A stretch of 64,000 nt of DNA from an uncultured Pseudomonadota bacterium (GTDB lineage: Bacteria; Pseudomonadota; Alphaproteobacteria; RF32; CAG-239): assembly GCA_902494875.1 (NCBI GenBank), contig CABUUO010000004.1, positions 37,878 to 101,877 on the forward strand, written 5' to 3'. Under the pieces are notes generated by a model. The model saw only the letters and a program-made list of their open reading frames with translations, was not told where the DNA came from and did not search any database. Positions 10,186-20,127 of this stretch are shown piece by piece. The position numbers and the translations under genes were made by a program. Each line of letters starts with the position of its first letter. The stretch's first letter is position 1.

Positions 10186-10554
10186 ATGTTAAAAAAACTT
10201 CTTGATGGAGAATTCAGTCTCAGCGAGACTTTTTGGAAATTCGGCATTCTGGGAGTGATTTTCTTCCGTTTTGTTTCCAAACTGTTTGAGATACTGCTGG
10301 ACCGCCAGATTGCCAACCGCCGCATTGTTGACTATTTCTTTCATTACTTCAATCCGGTTAAACCTGATATTCTGGCAATTTTGTGGACGCTGTGCTATGT
10401 TTCGACCACGATCTTTTTTCTGTATTACTGTATAGCGGTAATACTCGGAACCTGGAGAAGCTCGGCCTCTTTTGAACGCAGTAATCTGTTGAAACATCTG
10501 ACCCGCATTCTGATGTTTGTGTTTGTTGCTGTTTGTATGATTTCGGTTTTTTAG
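10186..10554 (+). CDS. small polytopic membrane protein, function unknown
   Basis: ORF with three hydrophobic segments. No recognisable catalytic motif. Confidence 0.5.
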   Translation: MLKKLLDGEFSLSETFWKFGILGVIFFRFVSKLFEILLDRQIANRRIVDYFFHYFNPVKPDILAILWTLCYVSTTIFFLYYCIAVILGTWRSSASFERSNLLKHLTRILMFVFVAVCMISVF

Positions 10555-10563
10555 GAAAAAACA

Positions 10564-10713
10564 ATGAAAAAAGCGGTAATATTAATGGTTTTGCTGATGT
10601 TGGCTGCCTGTGAGGTTGGAAAATTGGAACCCAAGCGCGAAAAGCTTTATAAAATGGGCAATGATATCTGTGAACGAGATCCCTCCAGGTGTATCCACGG
10701 CATACCTTGGTGA
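10564..10713 (+). CDS. 49-aa putative lipoprotein (not in the ORF track)
   Basis: Hand translation gives MKKAVILMVLLMLAAC EVGK...CIHGIPW*. Lipobox is LAAC. It starts 10 nt after the previous stop and is followed by a strong terminator. Confidence 0.5.
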   Translation: MKKAVILMVLLMLAACEVGKLEPKREKLYKMGNDICERDPSRCIHGIPW

Positions 10714-10733
10714 TGTCGCTGTAAATGAATAAT

Positions 10734-10762
10734 AAAAAATCCCCTGAAACGGGGATTTTTTA
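10734..10762. terminator. bidirectional terminator
   Basis: A-run, ATCCCC-tgaaac-GGGGAT, T-run, lying between convergent genes. Confidence 0.8.
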
Positions 10763-10785
10763 TTGATTGGTAATCGATTGTATTT

Positions 10786-11646
10786 TTAATAAGCTGTCGA
10801 TATCTTGTCATTGTCAATGTTGCAGGCATTGACCCCGTTATCTTCGGCCAGAATGCCTTTGTTTAAGATAAATTCCGGCGCGTGCCCGTTAAATGCGTTA
10901 AACTTTTTGGCCAGCTCGACTGCTTCTTTGTCCAGCTGCGGCGTTTGGCTACTGCGCAAACCACGCGTTTTGGCATTTGAAGTCTTTCCTTTCTGCGTTT
11001 TTGCCGCCGGAGCCTGTTGTACGGCTTTGGCCGCTTCCTGCTCTTTGTTTTTATCGACCTTAATCTCCTCGGGAGCCTTCAGAATCTTTTCCAAAACCGA
11101 CTGTGTCTCTTTGGAACGCCGATTGGTATAAACAATATTTTGCTTATCGGCCGGCAAAATGGCCAATATTTTTTCGAGATTTTCCAACTGTTTGTTTTTC
11201 TTGATCAAATTTATATCGTCAACCACCAGGATATTTGTTTTGGAAAAGTCGAACTTGCTGTTTTCCACCAAATCGACCAACAAGTCGGGTGAACCGATGA
11301 CGACATTGGCTTCCATGTCAATGTCTTCGTCTTTGTCTTTGACGGTTGCCTCGTTGATTTCGTGATACTTGTTAAAAATCGACAGACGGTCAGACACTTG
11401 AACAGACTGCTCCGAAGCCGGCGTAATGATTAAAATATTCTGCCCTGCTTTGTTGCTGATAATGTCCACCAGCGGAAAGACATAAGACATAGTCTTGCCG
11501 CATCCCTGCGGAGCAATGGTAAATACGTCGCGTCCCTGCAAAATGGAAGGGATAACGTCGCTTTGAACGGTCGTCGGCTCGGCGATTCCGAATTCATTGA
11601 TCGCCTGAATTGTTTTTTCGCTTAATCCTAAATCTAAAAAATTCAT
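10786..11646 (-). CDS. degenerate DEAD-box helicase domain-1-only protein with a Lys/Ala-rich tail
   Basis: Q-motif (PTTVQ), motif I APQGCGKT, Ia-like TPASEQ, Ib-like GSPDLL. Motif II is VVDDIN rather than DEAD. There is no helicase C-terminal domain. Confidence 0.65.
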   Translation of the reverse strand: MNFLDLGLSEKTIQAINEFGIAEPTTVQSDVIPSILQGRDVFTIAPQGCGKTMSYVFPLVDIISNKAGQNILIITPASEQSVQVSDRLSIFNKYHEINEATVKDKDEDIDMEANVVIGSPDLLVDLVENSKFDFSKTNILVVDDINLIKKNKQLENLEKILAILPADKQNIVYTNRRSKETQSVLEKILKAPEEIKVDKNKEQEAAKAVQQAPAAKTQKGKTSNAKTRGLRSSQTPQLDKEAVELAKKFNAFNGHAPEFILNKGILAEDNGVNACNIDNDKISTAY

Positions 11647-11741
11647 CTTGTTTCTTCTGTTTTTTCTGGTTTATTAATATTAAATGGAGTATCATTTATT
11701 TTATAGCTATAGTCAATAACGTATTTTTAAGGAGTAGCGAA

Positions 11742-12287
11742 ATGTTGATGAACAAAAACGATTCCTTATTGCTGATCATTGATGTCCAGGAACATTTGGC
11801 GCCTGCTCAGGAAAGTCCGCGAGACGTGATTAACGGTTGTGCCGCCCTTCTTGATATAGCCAAAAAACTAAACATTCCTTATATTGTTGCCGAACAAAAT
11901 CACGCCAGCTTCGGTCCGACCATGATAGACCTGCGCATCATTCTCGGCGATGAAATGCAATATTTGGAAAAAGACACCTTTTCTTGTTTTAAAAATGAAG
12001 AGATACGTAAAACCATAGAAAATTCCGGTAAAAGGCAAATTGTTATTGCCGGTTTGGAAACGCATCTTTGTGTTTTGCAGACTGCGCTTGACTTGCACCG
12101 GGCCGGTTATGAGGTTTTTGTTATCGCCGATGCCTGTTCTTCCCGCAACGGGATGCAGAGCGCGCTGGGAATTCAGCGGCTGCTGCGAAATAATGTTGAT
12201 GTGGCCACGGTTGAAATGGCTATTTTTGAATGGCTTGAAAACTCTCGCTCGCCCGAGTTCAGAGAGGTGTGGAGCAAACGCAGTTAA
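11742..12287 (+). CDS. isochorismatase-family hydrolase
   Basis: LLLIIDVQE near the N-terminus and the GLETHLCVLQTALD...IADACSS catalytic-Cys region. AAGGAG Shine-Dalgarno precedes ATG 11742. Confidence 0.8.
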   Translation: MLMNKNDSLLLIIDVQEHLAPAQESPRDVINGCAALLDIAKKLNIPYIVAEQNHASFGPTMIDLRIILGDEMQYLEKDTFSCFKNEEIRKTIENSGKRQIVIAGLETHLCVLQTALDLHRAGYEVFVIADACSSRNGMQSALGIQRLLRNNVDVATVEMAIFEWLENSRSPEFREVWSKRS

Positions 12288-12293
12288 AAGTGC

Positions 12294-12321
12294 AAAAAGG
12301 CTGTCACAACAGCCTTTTTTA
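12294..12321 (+). terminator. rho-independent terminator
   Basis: GGCTGT-caca-ACAGCC followed by T6. Confidence 0.75.
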
Positions 12322-12336
12322 TTTGTCTGGACAAAT
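12321..12336. repeat. perfect 7-2-7 inverted repeat ATTTGTC-TG-GACAAAT
   Basis: Read directly from the sequence. Lies upstream of the small ORF at 12402. Confidence 0.6.
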
Positions 12337-12355
12337 AAAAAACGCGGTGATACAT

Positions 12356-12374
12356 CTTTTGTGCGAAACAAAAG
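12356..12374. repeat. perfect 7-5-7 inverted repeat CTTTTGT-GCGAA-ACAAAAG
   Basis: Read directly. Shares the TTTGT...ACAAA core with the palindrome 35 bp upstream. Confidence 0.6.
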
Positions 12375-12401
12375 ATTATGTATTTTTTAATTTTAATCAT
12401 T

Positions 12402-12650
12402 ATGGAAAGAAAAGACCTTATCAGCCGTTTGGATGCTTTGATCTGGCGGCCTTCCTCGGTGAATGAACGTGAAATATCCGCGCTTCTGGACCTTTGCCCG
12501 GCTGAAGATATTCCTGAGATCAGGCATTTTGTTAATATTCAAAAAGGAATGGGCGAACAATGGGAGCAGAGTGTAATTCTCCGCCGGCGCGGCCTTGATG
12601 TTACCTGTCGCTGCCGATTGATTGACAGTGTGCTCGTTGCCCGAATTTAG
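12402..12650 (+). CDS. hypothetical small protein (82 aa)
   Basis: ORF bounded by a terminator on each side. No recognisable motif. Confidence 0.35.
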   Translation: MERKDLISRLDALIWRPSSVNEREISALLDLCPAEDIPEIRHFVNIQKGMGEQWEQSVILRRRGLDVTCRCRLIDSVLVARI

Positions 12651-12664
12651 GCCTTTTGATCTTA

Positions 12665-12703
12665 TAAAAAATCCCCTCCGCCGGCTGCGGAAGGGGATTT
12701 TTC
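12665..12703. terminator. bidirectional terminator
   Basis: A-run, ATCCCCTCCGC...GCGGAAGGGGAT, T-run, between convergent genes. Confidence 0.8.
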
Positions 12704-12708
12704 GTTTG

Positions 12709-13074
12709 TTACTTAACGCGTCCGTAGCTGTCTTCCAGCCGCACGATGTCGTTTTCATCCAGATTTTCGCCGGTTTGAATTTCGATAAACTCCATGTTTT
12801 CGTTTGTGTCGTTCTGGATGCGGTGCTTGGTTTCGGCCGGAATGTAAACGGATTCGTTCGCTCTTTTGGTCAGTTTTTCTTCACCAAGCGTGACCACGGC
12901 TTCGCCCTTGACAATAATCCAGTGCTCGGAACGAAAGTGATGCAATTGCAAAGACAGGATATTTCCCGGCGTAACGCAGATTCTCTTAACGCAGAAACCG
13001 TCCCCTGCATCTAGAACCTCCCAAGTTCCCCACGGGCGGGTGTCCTTGTCGCCTCTTTTGTAATTATTAGCCAT
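12709..13074 (-). CDS. cupin-domain protein (mannose-6-phosphate isomerase type II C-terminal-like)
   Basis: RPWGTWEVL, LSLQLHHFRSEHWIIVKG and YIPAETKHRIQN match the ManC C-terminal cupin pattern. Confidence 0.75.
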   Translation of the reverse strand: MANNYKRGDKDTRPWGTWEVLDAGDGFCVKRICVTPGNILSLQLHHFRSEHWIIVKGEAVVTLGEEKLTKRANESVYIPAETKHRIQNDTNENMEFIEIQTGENLDENDIVRLEDSYGRVK

Positions 13075-13169
13075 TTATTTATCCTTTTTTTCTAAAATGT
13101 TCTTGATGTAAACCAATATAGATAATATAAAGAAAATCACAATAAAAATTTTTAAGGGTGGGAAATTAA

Positions 13170-15434
13170 ATGCAGTCCCCGGCAATAAATAAGGCAATGG
13201 ACATTCTGCGGCAGTTGCGGACGATAACCGAAAGCCAGGATACGCTTCCGGTCAAGTTGGAAAGTATTGTCAAATTGATTGCCGAACAAATGGGGGCCGA
13301 TGCCGCTTCGTTTTACATAGCGGTAGACGGACGCCGGCTGGAGCTGTTTGCCTCTTACGGTCTCAATCCCGAGGCTCAGCATCGGGTTTCGTTCCGTTTC
13401 GGAGAGGGGCTGACCGGAGAAGTAGCGCAAAACAACCGCACGCTGAATGTTGCCGATGCCTGGTCTCATCCGAAGTTTGCCCATAAGCCCGATCTCGGTG
13501 AAGAACAATATAAATCATTTCTCGGCGTGCCACTGATTCGCTGGAGCCGTTCCATAGGCGTGTTATCGGTTCAAACCCGCGAGATCCGCGAGTTTTCTTC
13601 TCTGGATGTCGAAATTCTGGAAACCGTGGCTATGGTTTTGAGCGAAATTGTTTCTTCAGATGAAATGGCCGAACTCAAAAAAGGCCTCTCCAAAGGAAAT
13701 AATCTCAACGAGCGGGAAAAGCTGAAAGGTATCAGCCTCAGCAAAGGTTACGGTTTGGGCGTTTGTGTCGTTCACCGCCGTCGTCAGGCCGTTACCAAAA
13801 TTTTTGCCGAAGACAAAGAAAAGGAACTGCACCGTCTGGAGCTGGCTTACGGCCAGATGAATGCCGATTTGGATGAGAAGTTCGCCTCGACCAAACTTGG
13901 TATCGGCGAACATGTAGAAATTTTGGATGCCTATCGGATGTTTGCCCGCGACAAGGGCTGGTATAAAAAAATTACCGACAACATTCACAGCGGCCTGACG
14001 GCCGAAGCGGCAGTCGAGCGCGCTTATGAAGATATGTGGAACCGCTTGTCCGGCACCTCGGACAGCTACCTCAAAGAGCGTCTGCATGATTTGCGGGACG
14101 TCGCGGATCGGCTTCAGTCTTATTTGAGCGGCGATTATGGCTCCATCAAGGGGGTTAATGCCGACGATTTGATTGTTGTGGCGCAGACGATGGGTCCGGC
14201 CGATTTGATGGATTATGACTATTCTAAAATCCGCGGTCTGATTATTGAAGACGGTACGCCGACCATGCATGTCGCCATTGTTGCCAAAGCGTTGAACATT
14301 CCGGTCGTTGCCAAAATCCGCGGCATCTTTGAAGAAGCCAAAACTGGCGAATTGATTGCCGTTGACGGTACCGATGGTTATATCTATATGCATCCGTCCG
14401 CCGTCGTTCAGGAAAAATTCAAGGCCAAAATTGCCGAAAAAGACCGCCTGCAGGCCAAATTGGCCGAACTGAAGGAGCTTCCCGCACAGACTAAGGACGG
14501 CGTAAAAGTTAATCTTTATCTTAATGTGGGTTTGGCTTTTGATTTGGACTATATTGAAACCACCAACTGCGACGGTATCGGTCTGTACCGCACCGAAATT
14601 CCGTTTATGGCTTCGGACGTTATGCCCGATGTCGAACGTCAGATGGGCTATTATAAAGAACTGATGGACAAGGCCGGCGATAAAAAAGTTATTTTTCGCA
14701 GTTTAGACGTCGGTTCGGATAAGTTGCTGCCTTATTGGGGCAATGTCGGCGAAGAAAATCCCGCTATCGGCTGGCGTTCGATTCGCATTACGCTTGACCG
14801 TCGCGCCATATTGCGCAAACAGGTGCGGGCATTCCTGCGTGCTGCTGCCGGCAAGGAATTAAACGTTATGTTTCCGATGGTTGCCAATCTTTCCGAATTT
14901 GAAGAAGCCAGAGAAACGCTTTTGATTGAGCTGGAAAGGGAAAAGCGCCGCGGAGAAAATGTTCCGGCCAAAGTCAACGTCGGGTTGATGATTGAGGTGC
15001 CATCTGTAATTTTTCAGCTTGACGCCATTTTAAAACAGGCGGATTTTATTTCCGTTGGCACCAACGATCTGGCGCAGTTCATTTTTGCCTGCGACCGCGG
15101 CAATCCGCGCTTAACCGAACGTTATGACGTTTTGTCTGCACCGTTTCTGTCTATGATGGGAGAGATTGTGAGGAAGGCCGATGCTGCCGGAGTTTATTGT
15201 TCGGTCTGTGGTGAAATGGCATCCAACCCGATCGAGGCAATGGCGCTGATTGGTTTGGGATATCGTAATCTTTCCATGTCAGGTTCTTCCTTCGGCCGTG
15301 TGAAAAGCATGGTCAGAACCATGAACGCCGAAGATGTCGAAGACTATGTTCATACGCTGCTGAAGTCTCAAAAAAGAACTCTGCGCCCGCAATTAATATC
15401 CTATGCCTATGACCATGGTATTGAAATCTATTAA
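13170..15434 (+). CDS. ptsP: phosphoenolpyruvate-protein phosphotransferase, nitrogen-PTS type (GAF + Enzyme I)
   Basis: N-terminal GAF domain, phospho-His region GTPTMHVAIVAKAL, and PEP-binding motifs GLYRTEIPF and SVGTNDLAQF. Confidence 0.9.
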   Translation: MQSPAINKAMDILRQLRTITESQDTLPVKLESIVKLIAEQMGADAASFYIAVDGRRLELFASYGLNPEAQHRVSFRFGEGLTGEVAQNNRTLNVADAWSHPKFAHKPDLGEEQYKSFLGVPLIRWSRSIGVLSVQTREIREFSSLDVEILETVAMVLSEIVSSDEMAELKKGLSKGNNLNEREKLKGISLSKGYGLGVCVVHRRRQAVTKIFAEDKEKELHRLELAYGQMNADLDEKFASTKLGIGEHVEILDAYRMFARDKGWYKKITDNIHSGLTAEAAVERAYEDMWNRLSGTSDSYLKERLHDLRDVADRLQSYLSGDYGSIKGVNADDLIVVAQTMGPADLMDYDYSKIRGLIIEDGTPTMHVAIVAKALNIPVVAKIRGIFEEAKTGELIAVDGTDGYIYMHPSAVVQEKFKAKIAEKDRLQAKLAELKELPAQTKDGVKVNLYLNVGLAFDLDYIETTNCDGIGLYRTEIPFMASDVMPDVERQMGYYKELMDKAGDKKVIFRSLDVGSDKLLPYWGNVGEENPAIGWRSIRITLDRRAILRKQVRAFLRAAAGKELNVMFPMVANLSEFEEARETLLIELEREKRRGENVPAKVNVGLMIEVPSVIFQLDAILKQADFISVGTNDLAQFIFACDRGNPRLTERYDVLSAPFLSMMGEIVRKADAAGVYCSVCGEMASNPIEAMALIGLGYRNLSMSGSSFGRVKSMVRTMNAEDVEDYVHTLLKSQKRTLRPQLISYAYDHGIEIY

Positions 15435-15482
15435 AAACTGTGCAACAATTACAAAAATTTTTAATGTTAAAAGGAAGTAACT

Positions 15483-16556
15483 GTGAAAAAAGAAACTAAG
15501 AATTCCAAAGCTCAGGAAGAAATAGCTGAAAATCCGGCCGCTGCATCCGCTGTCGCGGCCGAAGAACAAGTTCCGGTTTCGGCTCCTGAAAATAAGGCAG
15601 ACGACAAGGAGGGAAAAGTCGGCCTGCTTCTGAAGGAAGTTCGTCAGAAACAGGGCAAGAGCATCGCCGAAATTTCTCAGGAACTCTGTATCCGCAAGGT
15701 TTACCTGAGCGCGATCGAGGACAGTGATTATGATCGGATTCCCGAATATCCCTATGGTATCGGTTTTATCCGTTCTTATGCCGATTATCTGGGGCTGGAC
15801 GGCGTCAACATTGTACAGATGTATAAAGAAGAAGCGGAAGCCAATCTGCGCAAAAACAATCCGTATTTTGTCATGGAACCGCAGGTCGAAGCAACGGTGC
15901 CCAGTAAAAAATATCTGATGATCAGCTTGATAGCCGTTTTTGCGGTTTATTTCGTTTGGTCGATGTACAACCGCATGAGCAGCGAAACGGTCGATGAAGA
16001 TGTTATTGAAGAAACAATGAGCCGGGAAAGTGAAAATACCGGAGAAGGTGCAGCCGACTATCCGCTGAAAGTTGAAGACTTTTCAACCAACGAAGCCGTT
16101 TCTGCCGAAGAGGAACTGCCGGTAATCGACGCTACCGCTGCCGAAGAAAACAATCCGCAGGTCGTTGTCAAGGAAACCAGCTTTATTGCCGAACCGGATA
16201 AAACGGAAGCAGGAACCGAAATGCCGGCTAAAGCTGAAGTAAAAACGGAAGCGGTTCCGTCCGCTGTGGAAGAGCAGACGGCGGAAGTAAAGCCGGCCAG
16301 AGAAGAGAAAGGGCTGGTCATTAAGGTTAAAAAAGATACCTGGATTGAGGTCAAAAACGACGAAAAGCTGTATCTGAGCAAGGTATTGATGCCTGGAGAG
16401 TCTTATACTGTTCCGCGTGCGGAAAACCTTAAGCTTTCCGTTGGCAAGGCGGACGGTGTCGACGTGACCTATAACGGTCAGATTATCTACACCATTGCCC
16501 CGAACAAAAAAATGAATATTTCGGTTGATGAAATTTTGGCTCAGGCCAATCATTAG
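15483..16556 (+). CDS. rodZ: RodZ-like cytoskeleton protein (XRE HTH + TM + DUF4115-like C-terminus)
   Basis: HTH (LLKEVRQKQGKSIAEISQELCIRKVYLSAIE), single TM helix, acidic linker, beta-rich C-terminal domain. Sits in the conserved position upstream of ispG-hisS. GTG start. Confidence 0.8.
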   Translation: MKKETKNSKAQEEIAENPAAASAVAAEEQVPVSAPENKADDKEGKVGLLLKEVRQKQGKSIAEISQELCIRKVYLSAIEDSDYDRIPEYPYGIGFIRSYADYLGLDGVNIVQMYKEEAEANLRKNNPYFVMEPQVEATVPSKKYLMISLIAVFAVYFVWSMYNRMSSETVDEDVIEETMSRESENTGEGAADYPLKVEDFSTNEAVSAEEELPVIDATAAEENNPQVVVKETSFIAEPDKTEAGTEMPAKAEVKTEAVPSAVEEQTAEVKPAREEKGLVIKVKKDTWIEVKNDEKLYLSKVLMPGESYTVPRAENLKLSVGKADGVDVTYNGQIIYTIAPNKKMNISVDEILAQANH

Positions 16557-16575
16557 CCGCATGCGGACTAACGGG

Positions 16576-16608
16576 AAAATAGCAGCTAATCCCTGCTATT
16601 TTCTTTTG
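16576..16608 (+). terminator. rho-independent terminator (possibly partial) between rodZ and ispG
   Basis: AATAGCAG-ctaatcc-CTGCTATT followed by TTCTTTTG. Confidence 0.6.
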
Positions 16609-16627
16609 TTATGTAAGGATTGAAAAA

Positions 16628-17701
16628 ATGGAAAAAATTATAAGACGCCACAGCCGCAAAATTATGGTCGGATCGGTTGCCGTCGGAGGAGATGCGCCGA
16701 TCAGCGTTCAGTCGATGACCAATACGCCGACTGCGGATGCCAAAGCCACCGTTGAACAAATCCGAAGACAGGAAGCCGTCGGCTGCGATATAACGCGTTG
16801 CTCCTGTCCCGATGAAGATTCGGCCAAAGCGCTGAAAATCATCACCCGGGAAGTTTCAATTCCCGTGGTCGCCGATATCCATTTTGACTATCGACTGGGC
16901 ATTCTGGCGGCGGAAAACGGCGCCGCCTGCCTGCGTATCAATCCCGGCAACATCGGCGGACAGGATCGGGTCAAGGCCGTTGTTCAAGCCGCCAAAGATT
17001 ACGGCTGTTCCATCCGTATCGGTGTCAACGGCGGTTCGCTTGATAAAAAACTGTTGGAAAAATATGGCGAACCCTGTGCCGACGCTTTGGTAGAAAGTGC
17101 GTTGGAGCAGGCCAAAATGCTTGAAGACAATGATTTCTTTGAGTTTAAAATCAGCGTCAAATCGTCAAACACGCTGATGATGATAGATGCTTATAAGAAA
17201 CTTGCGGCGGCCTGTGATTATCCGTTGCATTTGGGAGTTACCGAGGCCGGCGGCCTGCGCAGCGGAACCGTAAAATCAGCCATCGGCATCGGCTCGCTTC
17301 TGATGAACGGCATCGGCGACACGCTGCGTGTTTCTTTAACGGCCGACGTGGAAGAGGAGGTTAAAGCCGGTTACGAAATCTTGAAGGCGCTGGATCTGCG
17401 GCATCGCGGTGTTCGGATTATTTCCTGCCCGACCTGTGCCCGCCGCGGTTATGACGTAGAGAAAACCATCAAGGCGCTGGAAGAGCGTCTGGCGCATATT
17501 TCCCAGCCTTTGTCGCTGGCGGTTATGGGCTGTGTGGTAAATGGTCCCGGAGAAGCCGGGCATACGGATTTCGGCGTTTGCGGCGGTCGGGGCGATGAAA
17601 ACATGATTTATGTTGGCGGCCGGCCCGATCATAAGGTTAAAAACGAAAATATTGTCGACGAATTGGTTCGTCTTGTGGAAGAAAAAGTAAAAATAGGATA
17701 A
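16628..17701 (+). CDS. ispG: 4-hydroxy-3-methylbut-2-en-1-yl diphosphate synthase
   Basis: ISVQSMTNT motif and C-terminal Fe-S cysteines (CPTCARR...GCVVNGPGE). Confidence 0.95.
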   Translation: MEKIIRRHSRKIMVGSVAVGGDAPISVQSMTNTPTADAKATVEQIRRQEAVGCDITRCSCPDEDSAKALKIITREVSIPVVADIHFDYRLGILAAENGAACLRINPGNIGGQDRVKAVVQAAKDYGCSIRIGVNGGSLDKKLLEKYGEPCADALVESALEQAKMLEDNDFFEFKISVKSSNTLMMIDAYKKLAAACDYPLHLGVTEAGGLRSGTVKSAIGIGSLLMNGIGDTLRVSLTADVEEEVKAGYEILKALDLRHRGVRIISCPTCARRGYDVEKTIKALEERLAHISQPLSLAVMGCVVNGPGEAGHTDFGVCGGRGDENMIYVGGRPDHKVKNENIVDELVRLVEEKVKIG

Positions 17702-17705
17702 AAAA

Positions 17706-18941
17706 ATGGCAAAAATACAAAGTGTTCGCGGTACTTATGATGTCTACGGCGAGACCAAAAGAAAAATGAAAAAAGTAGTGGCTACCGGTTCGGAAGTGGT
17801 TGAAAAATATGGCTTTGAAGAAATTGAAACGCCGATTTTCGAGTTTACCGAAGTCTTTTCCCGCAATTTGGGCGAAACCTCCGACGTTGTAACCAAGGAA
17901 ATGTATTGTTTTCAGGATCGCGGCGGCGAAAGTCTGACCCTGCGTCCGGAAGGTACCGCCGGTGTTGTTCGTTCTTTTGTTTCGGAAGGAATGCAGCAAA
18001 ATCTGCCGGTCAAGTTATATTATGCCGGACCGATGTTTCGCTATGAACGTCCGCAAAAGGGGCGTCAGCGCCAGTTCACGCAGTTCGGTTGCGAGCTGCT
18101 GGGTGTAGAAACCCCGCAGGCCGACGTTGAAGTTATCGCTATGGCTTACGAATTTGTCGAAAAACTCGGCTTGGAGGGCAATGTCGTGGTCGAAATCAAT
18201 TCTCTGGGTGACAAGGAAAGCCGCGACGCTTATCGGACAAAGCTGGTTGAATATCTGCGCGGGCATCTGGACGAACTGTCCGGGGATTCCAAAGAACGAC
18301 TGGAAAAAAATCCGTTGCGGGTACTTGATTCTAAAGAAGAATGTGATAAAGAAGTGGTTGCCAATGCGCCGCTGTACTGCGACAGTTTGAATGAGGCTTC
18401 CAAAAGGTTCTTTGACGAAGTCTTGCATGGGCTTGATGCTTTGGGTATCAAATATCGGATCAACAATCGTCTGGTTCGTGGGCTGGACTATTATTCTCAC
18501 ACCGTTTTTGAGTTGGTTACCGACAAGCTTGGCGCGCAGGGAACGGTTTTGGCCGGCGGCCGTTATGACGGGCTGGTCGAGCAAATGGGCGGCGGTGCCG
18601 TCGCCGGCATTGGCTGGGCCTGCGGTGTCGAGCGGTTGTCCATGCTTTTGGAAGCAGATGTTTCGCTTCCGCGTCCGGTAGCTGTGATTCCGGTAGGGGA
18701 AGACACCAACGCCAAGGCCATGGAGATTGCTTATATGCTGCGCAGGGCTGGCTTTCGCGTTGAGCAGAGCTACAGCGGAAATTTGAAAAAGAGAATGATG
18801 AAAGCCAACAAGGCCAATGCCTGCAAGGCAGTAATCATCGGTTCGGACGAATTGGCCAGAAATGAAGTAACCGTAAAGGATTTAGACAGCGGCGGGCAGA
18901 AAAACGTTGCTGTAGAGAAGATAATTGAGGAAATAAAATAA
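17706..18941 (+). CDS. hisS: histidine--tRNA ligase
   Basis: Class II motifs (LRPEGTAGVVR, FRYERPQKGRQRQF, AGGRYDGL). Confidence 0.95.
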   Translation: MAKIQSVRGTYDVYGETKRKMKKVVATGSEVVEKYGFEEIETPIFEFTEVFSRNLGETSDVVTKEMYCFQDRGGESLTLRPEGTAGVVRSFVSEGMQQNLPVKLYYAGPMFRYERPQKGRQRQFTQFGCELLGVETPQADVEVIAMAYEFVEKLGLEGNVVVEINSLGDKESRDAYRTKLVEYLRGHLDELSGDSKERLEKNPLRVLDSKEECDKEVVANAPLYCDSLNEASKRFFDEVLHGLDALGIKYRINNRLVRGLDYYSHTVFELVTDKLGAQGTVLAGGRYDGLVEQMGGGAVAGIGWACGVERLSMLLEADVSLPRPVAVIPVGEDTNAKAMEIAYMLRRAGFRVEQSYSGNLKKRMMKANKANACKAVIIGSDELARNEVTVKDLDSGGQKNVAVEKIIEEIK

Positions 18942-20015
18942 ATGTCGTTTGCTGAAAAACTGAGTAATGTTGTCAACCGCCACGATGAAGTCCAGGCTCT
19001 GCTTTCCAATCCGGATATCAGCGCCGACGAACTCGTCAAGCTCAATAAGGAACTGGCCGCGCTGACCCCGGTTGTCGAGGCCGTGCAGGAGTTGCGCCGT
19101 CTGGAACGGAATATGGCGGATGATAAGGCGATGATGGAAGATTCTTCTCTCGACAAGGAAATGCGGGAGATGGCCGAGGCTGAATATTATGAATTGAAGG
19201 AACGGCAGCCGGAGCTGGAAAAACAGGTCAAGATTTTGCTGCTGCCCAAAGAAGAGGATGACGAAAAAAATGCCATTCTTGAAGTCCGGGCCGGTACCGG
19301 CGGCGATGAAGCGGCTTTGTTTGCGGCAGTTTTGTTTGAAATGTATCAGCGCTATGCGCAGTTGCAGGGTTGGAAATTTGAAATTATGGATGCCAATGAA
19401 AACGAGCTCGGCGGCTATAAGGAGGCTTCGGCCAGCATTACCGGCAAAGATGTTTTCTCCAAACTCAAGTTCGAATCCGGCGCTCACCGCGTACAGCGCG
19501 TGCCGGTAACCGAGTCTCAGGGCCGCGTCCATACTTCTGCTGCTACGGTGGCGGTTTTGCCTGAGGCCGAGGAAGTGGATATTCAGATTAATCCGGCCGA
19601 TTTGAAGTTTGAGGCCTATCGTTCTTCCGGTGCCGGCGGTCAGAAAGTTAACAAAACCAACTCGGCCGTGCGCATTGTGCACATTCCGAGCGGCATTGTG
19701 GTTGAATCTCAGGAAGAGCGCTCGCAGTTCAAAAACCGCGATAATGCCATGCGCAAATTGCGTACCCGTCTCTATGACGCGCAGCGTCAGGCCAAAGATG
19801 CCGCTTATTCCGAAAAACGCAAGCTGCAAGTCGGTTCCGGCGACCGTTCCGAGCGCATTCGCACCTATAACTATCCGCAGGGCCGCGTGACAGATCATCG
19901 CATTAACCTGACCTTATACAAGCTGGACGAAGTCGTCTCCGGCGATGCTCTGGGTGAAATTATTGACGCGCTGATAACCGAAGATCAGGCGCAGAAACTT
20001 TCCGAACTGGATTAA
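18942..20015 (+). CDS. prfA: peptide chain release factor 1
   Basis: GGQ motif ([11 protein letters not shown]) and RF1-type PVT tripeptide (RVPVTES). ATG directly abuts the hisS stop. Confidence 0.95.
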   Translation: MSFAEKLSNVVNRHDEVQALLSNPDISADELVKLNKELAALTPVVEAVQELRRLERNMADDKAMMEDSSLDKEMREMAEAEYYELKERQPELEKQVKILLLPKEEDDEKNAILEVRAGTGGDEAALFAAVLFEMYQRYAQLQGWKFEIMDANENELGGYKEASASITGKDVFSKLKFESGAHRVQRVPVTESQGRVHTSAATVAVLPEAEEVDIQINPADLKFEAYRSSGAGGQKVNKTNSAVRIVHIPSGIVVESQEERSQFKNRDNAMRKLRTRLYDAQRQAKDAAYSEKRKLQVGSGDRSERIRTYNYPQGRVTDHRINLTLYKLDEVVSGDALGEIIDALITEDQAQKLSELD

Positions 20016-20043
20016 AAAAAGCGGTGTTAAGCCGCTTTTTTTG
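20014..20043 (+). terminator. rho-independent terminator
   Basis: A-run, GCGG-tgttaa-GCCGC, T7. Confidence 0.7.
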
Positions 20044-20068
20044 TGGTCTGATATCTGCGATTTTTGAG

Positions 20069-20097
20069 TTGTACACACGGCCAAAAACGAATATAAT
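20069..20097 (+). promoter_or_regulatory. putative sigma70-type promoter for dnaE
   Basis: TTGTAC (20069-20074), 17-nt spacer, TATAAT (20092-20097), 30 nt upstream of the ATG. Confidence 0.35.
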
Positions 20098-20127
20098 CGC
20101 CGCAGAATCATAAGCAAAGGTTTTTAG

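Noticed and set aside
11610-11741. N-terminal extensions of track ORFs, here and at 456, 4629, 5414, 24373, 42649, 54254, 59706, 61404 and 56798-56989.
   Set aside because: The extensions start at weak or alternative codons, overlap upstream genes or terminators, and translate to unnatural sequence. Internal ATGs preceded by SD-like motifs give N-termini typical of the families.
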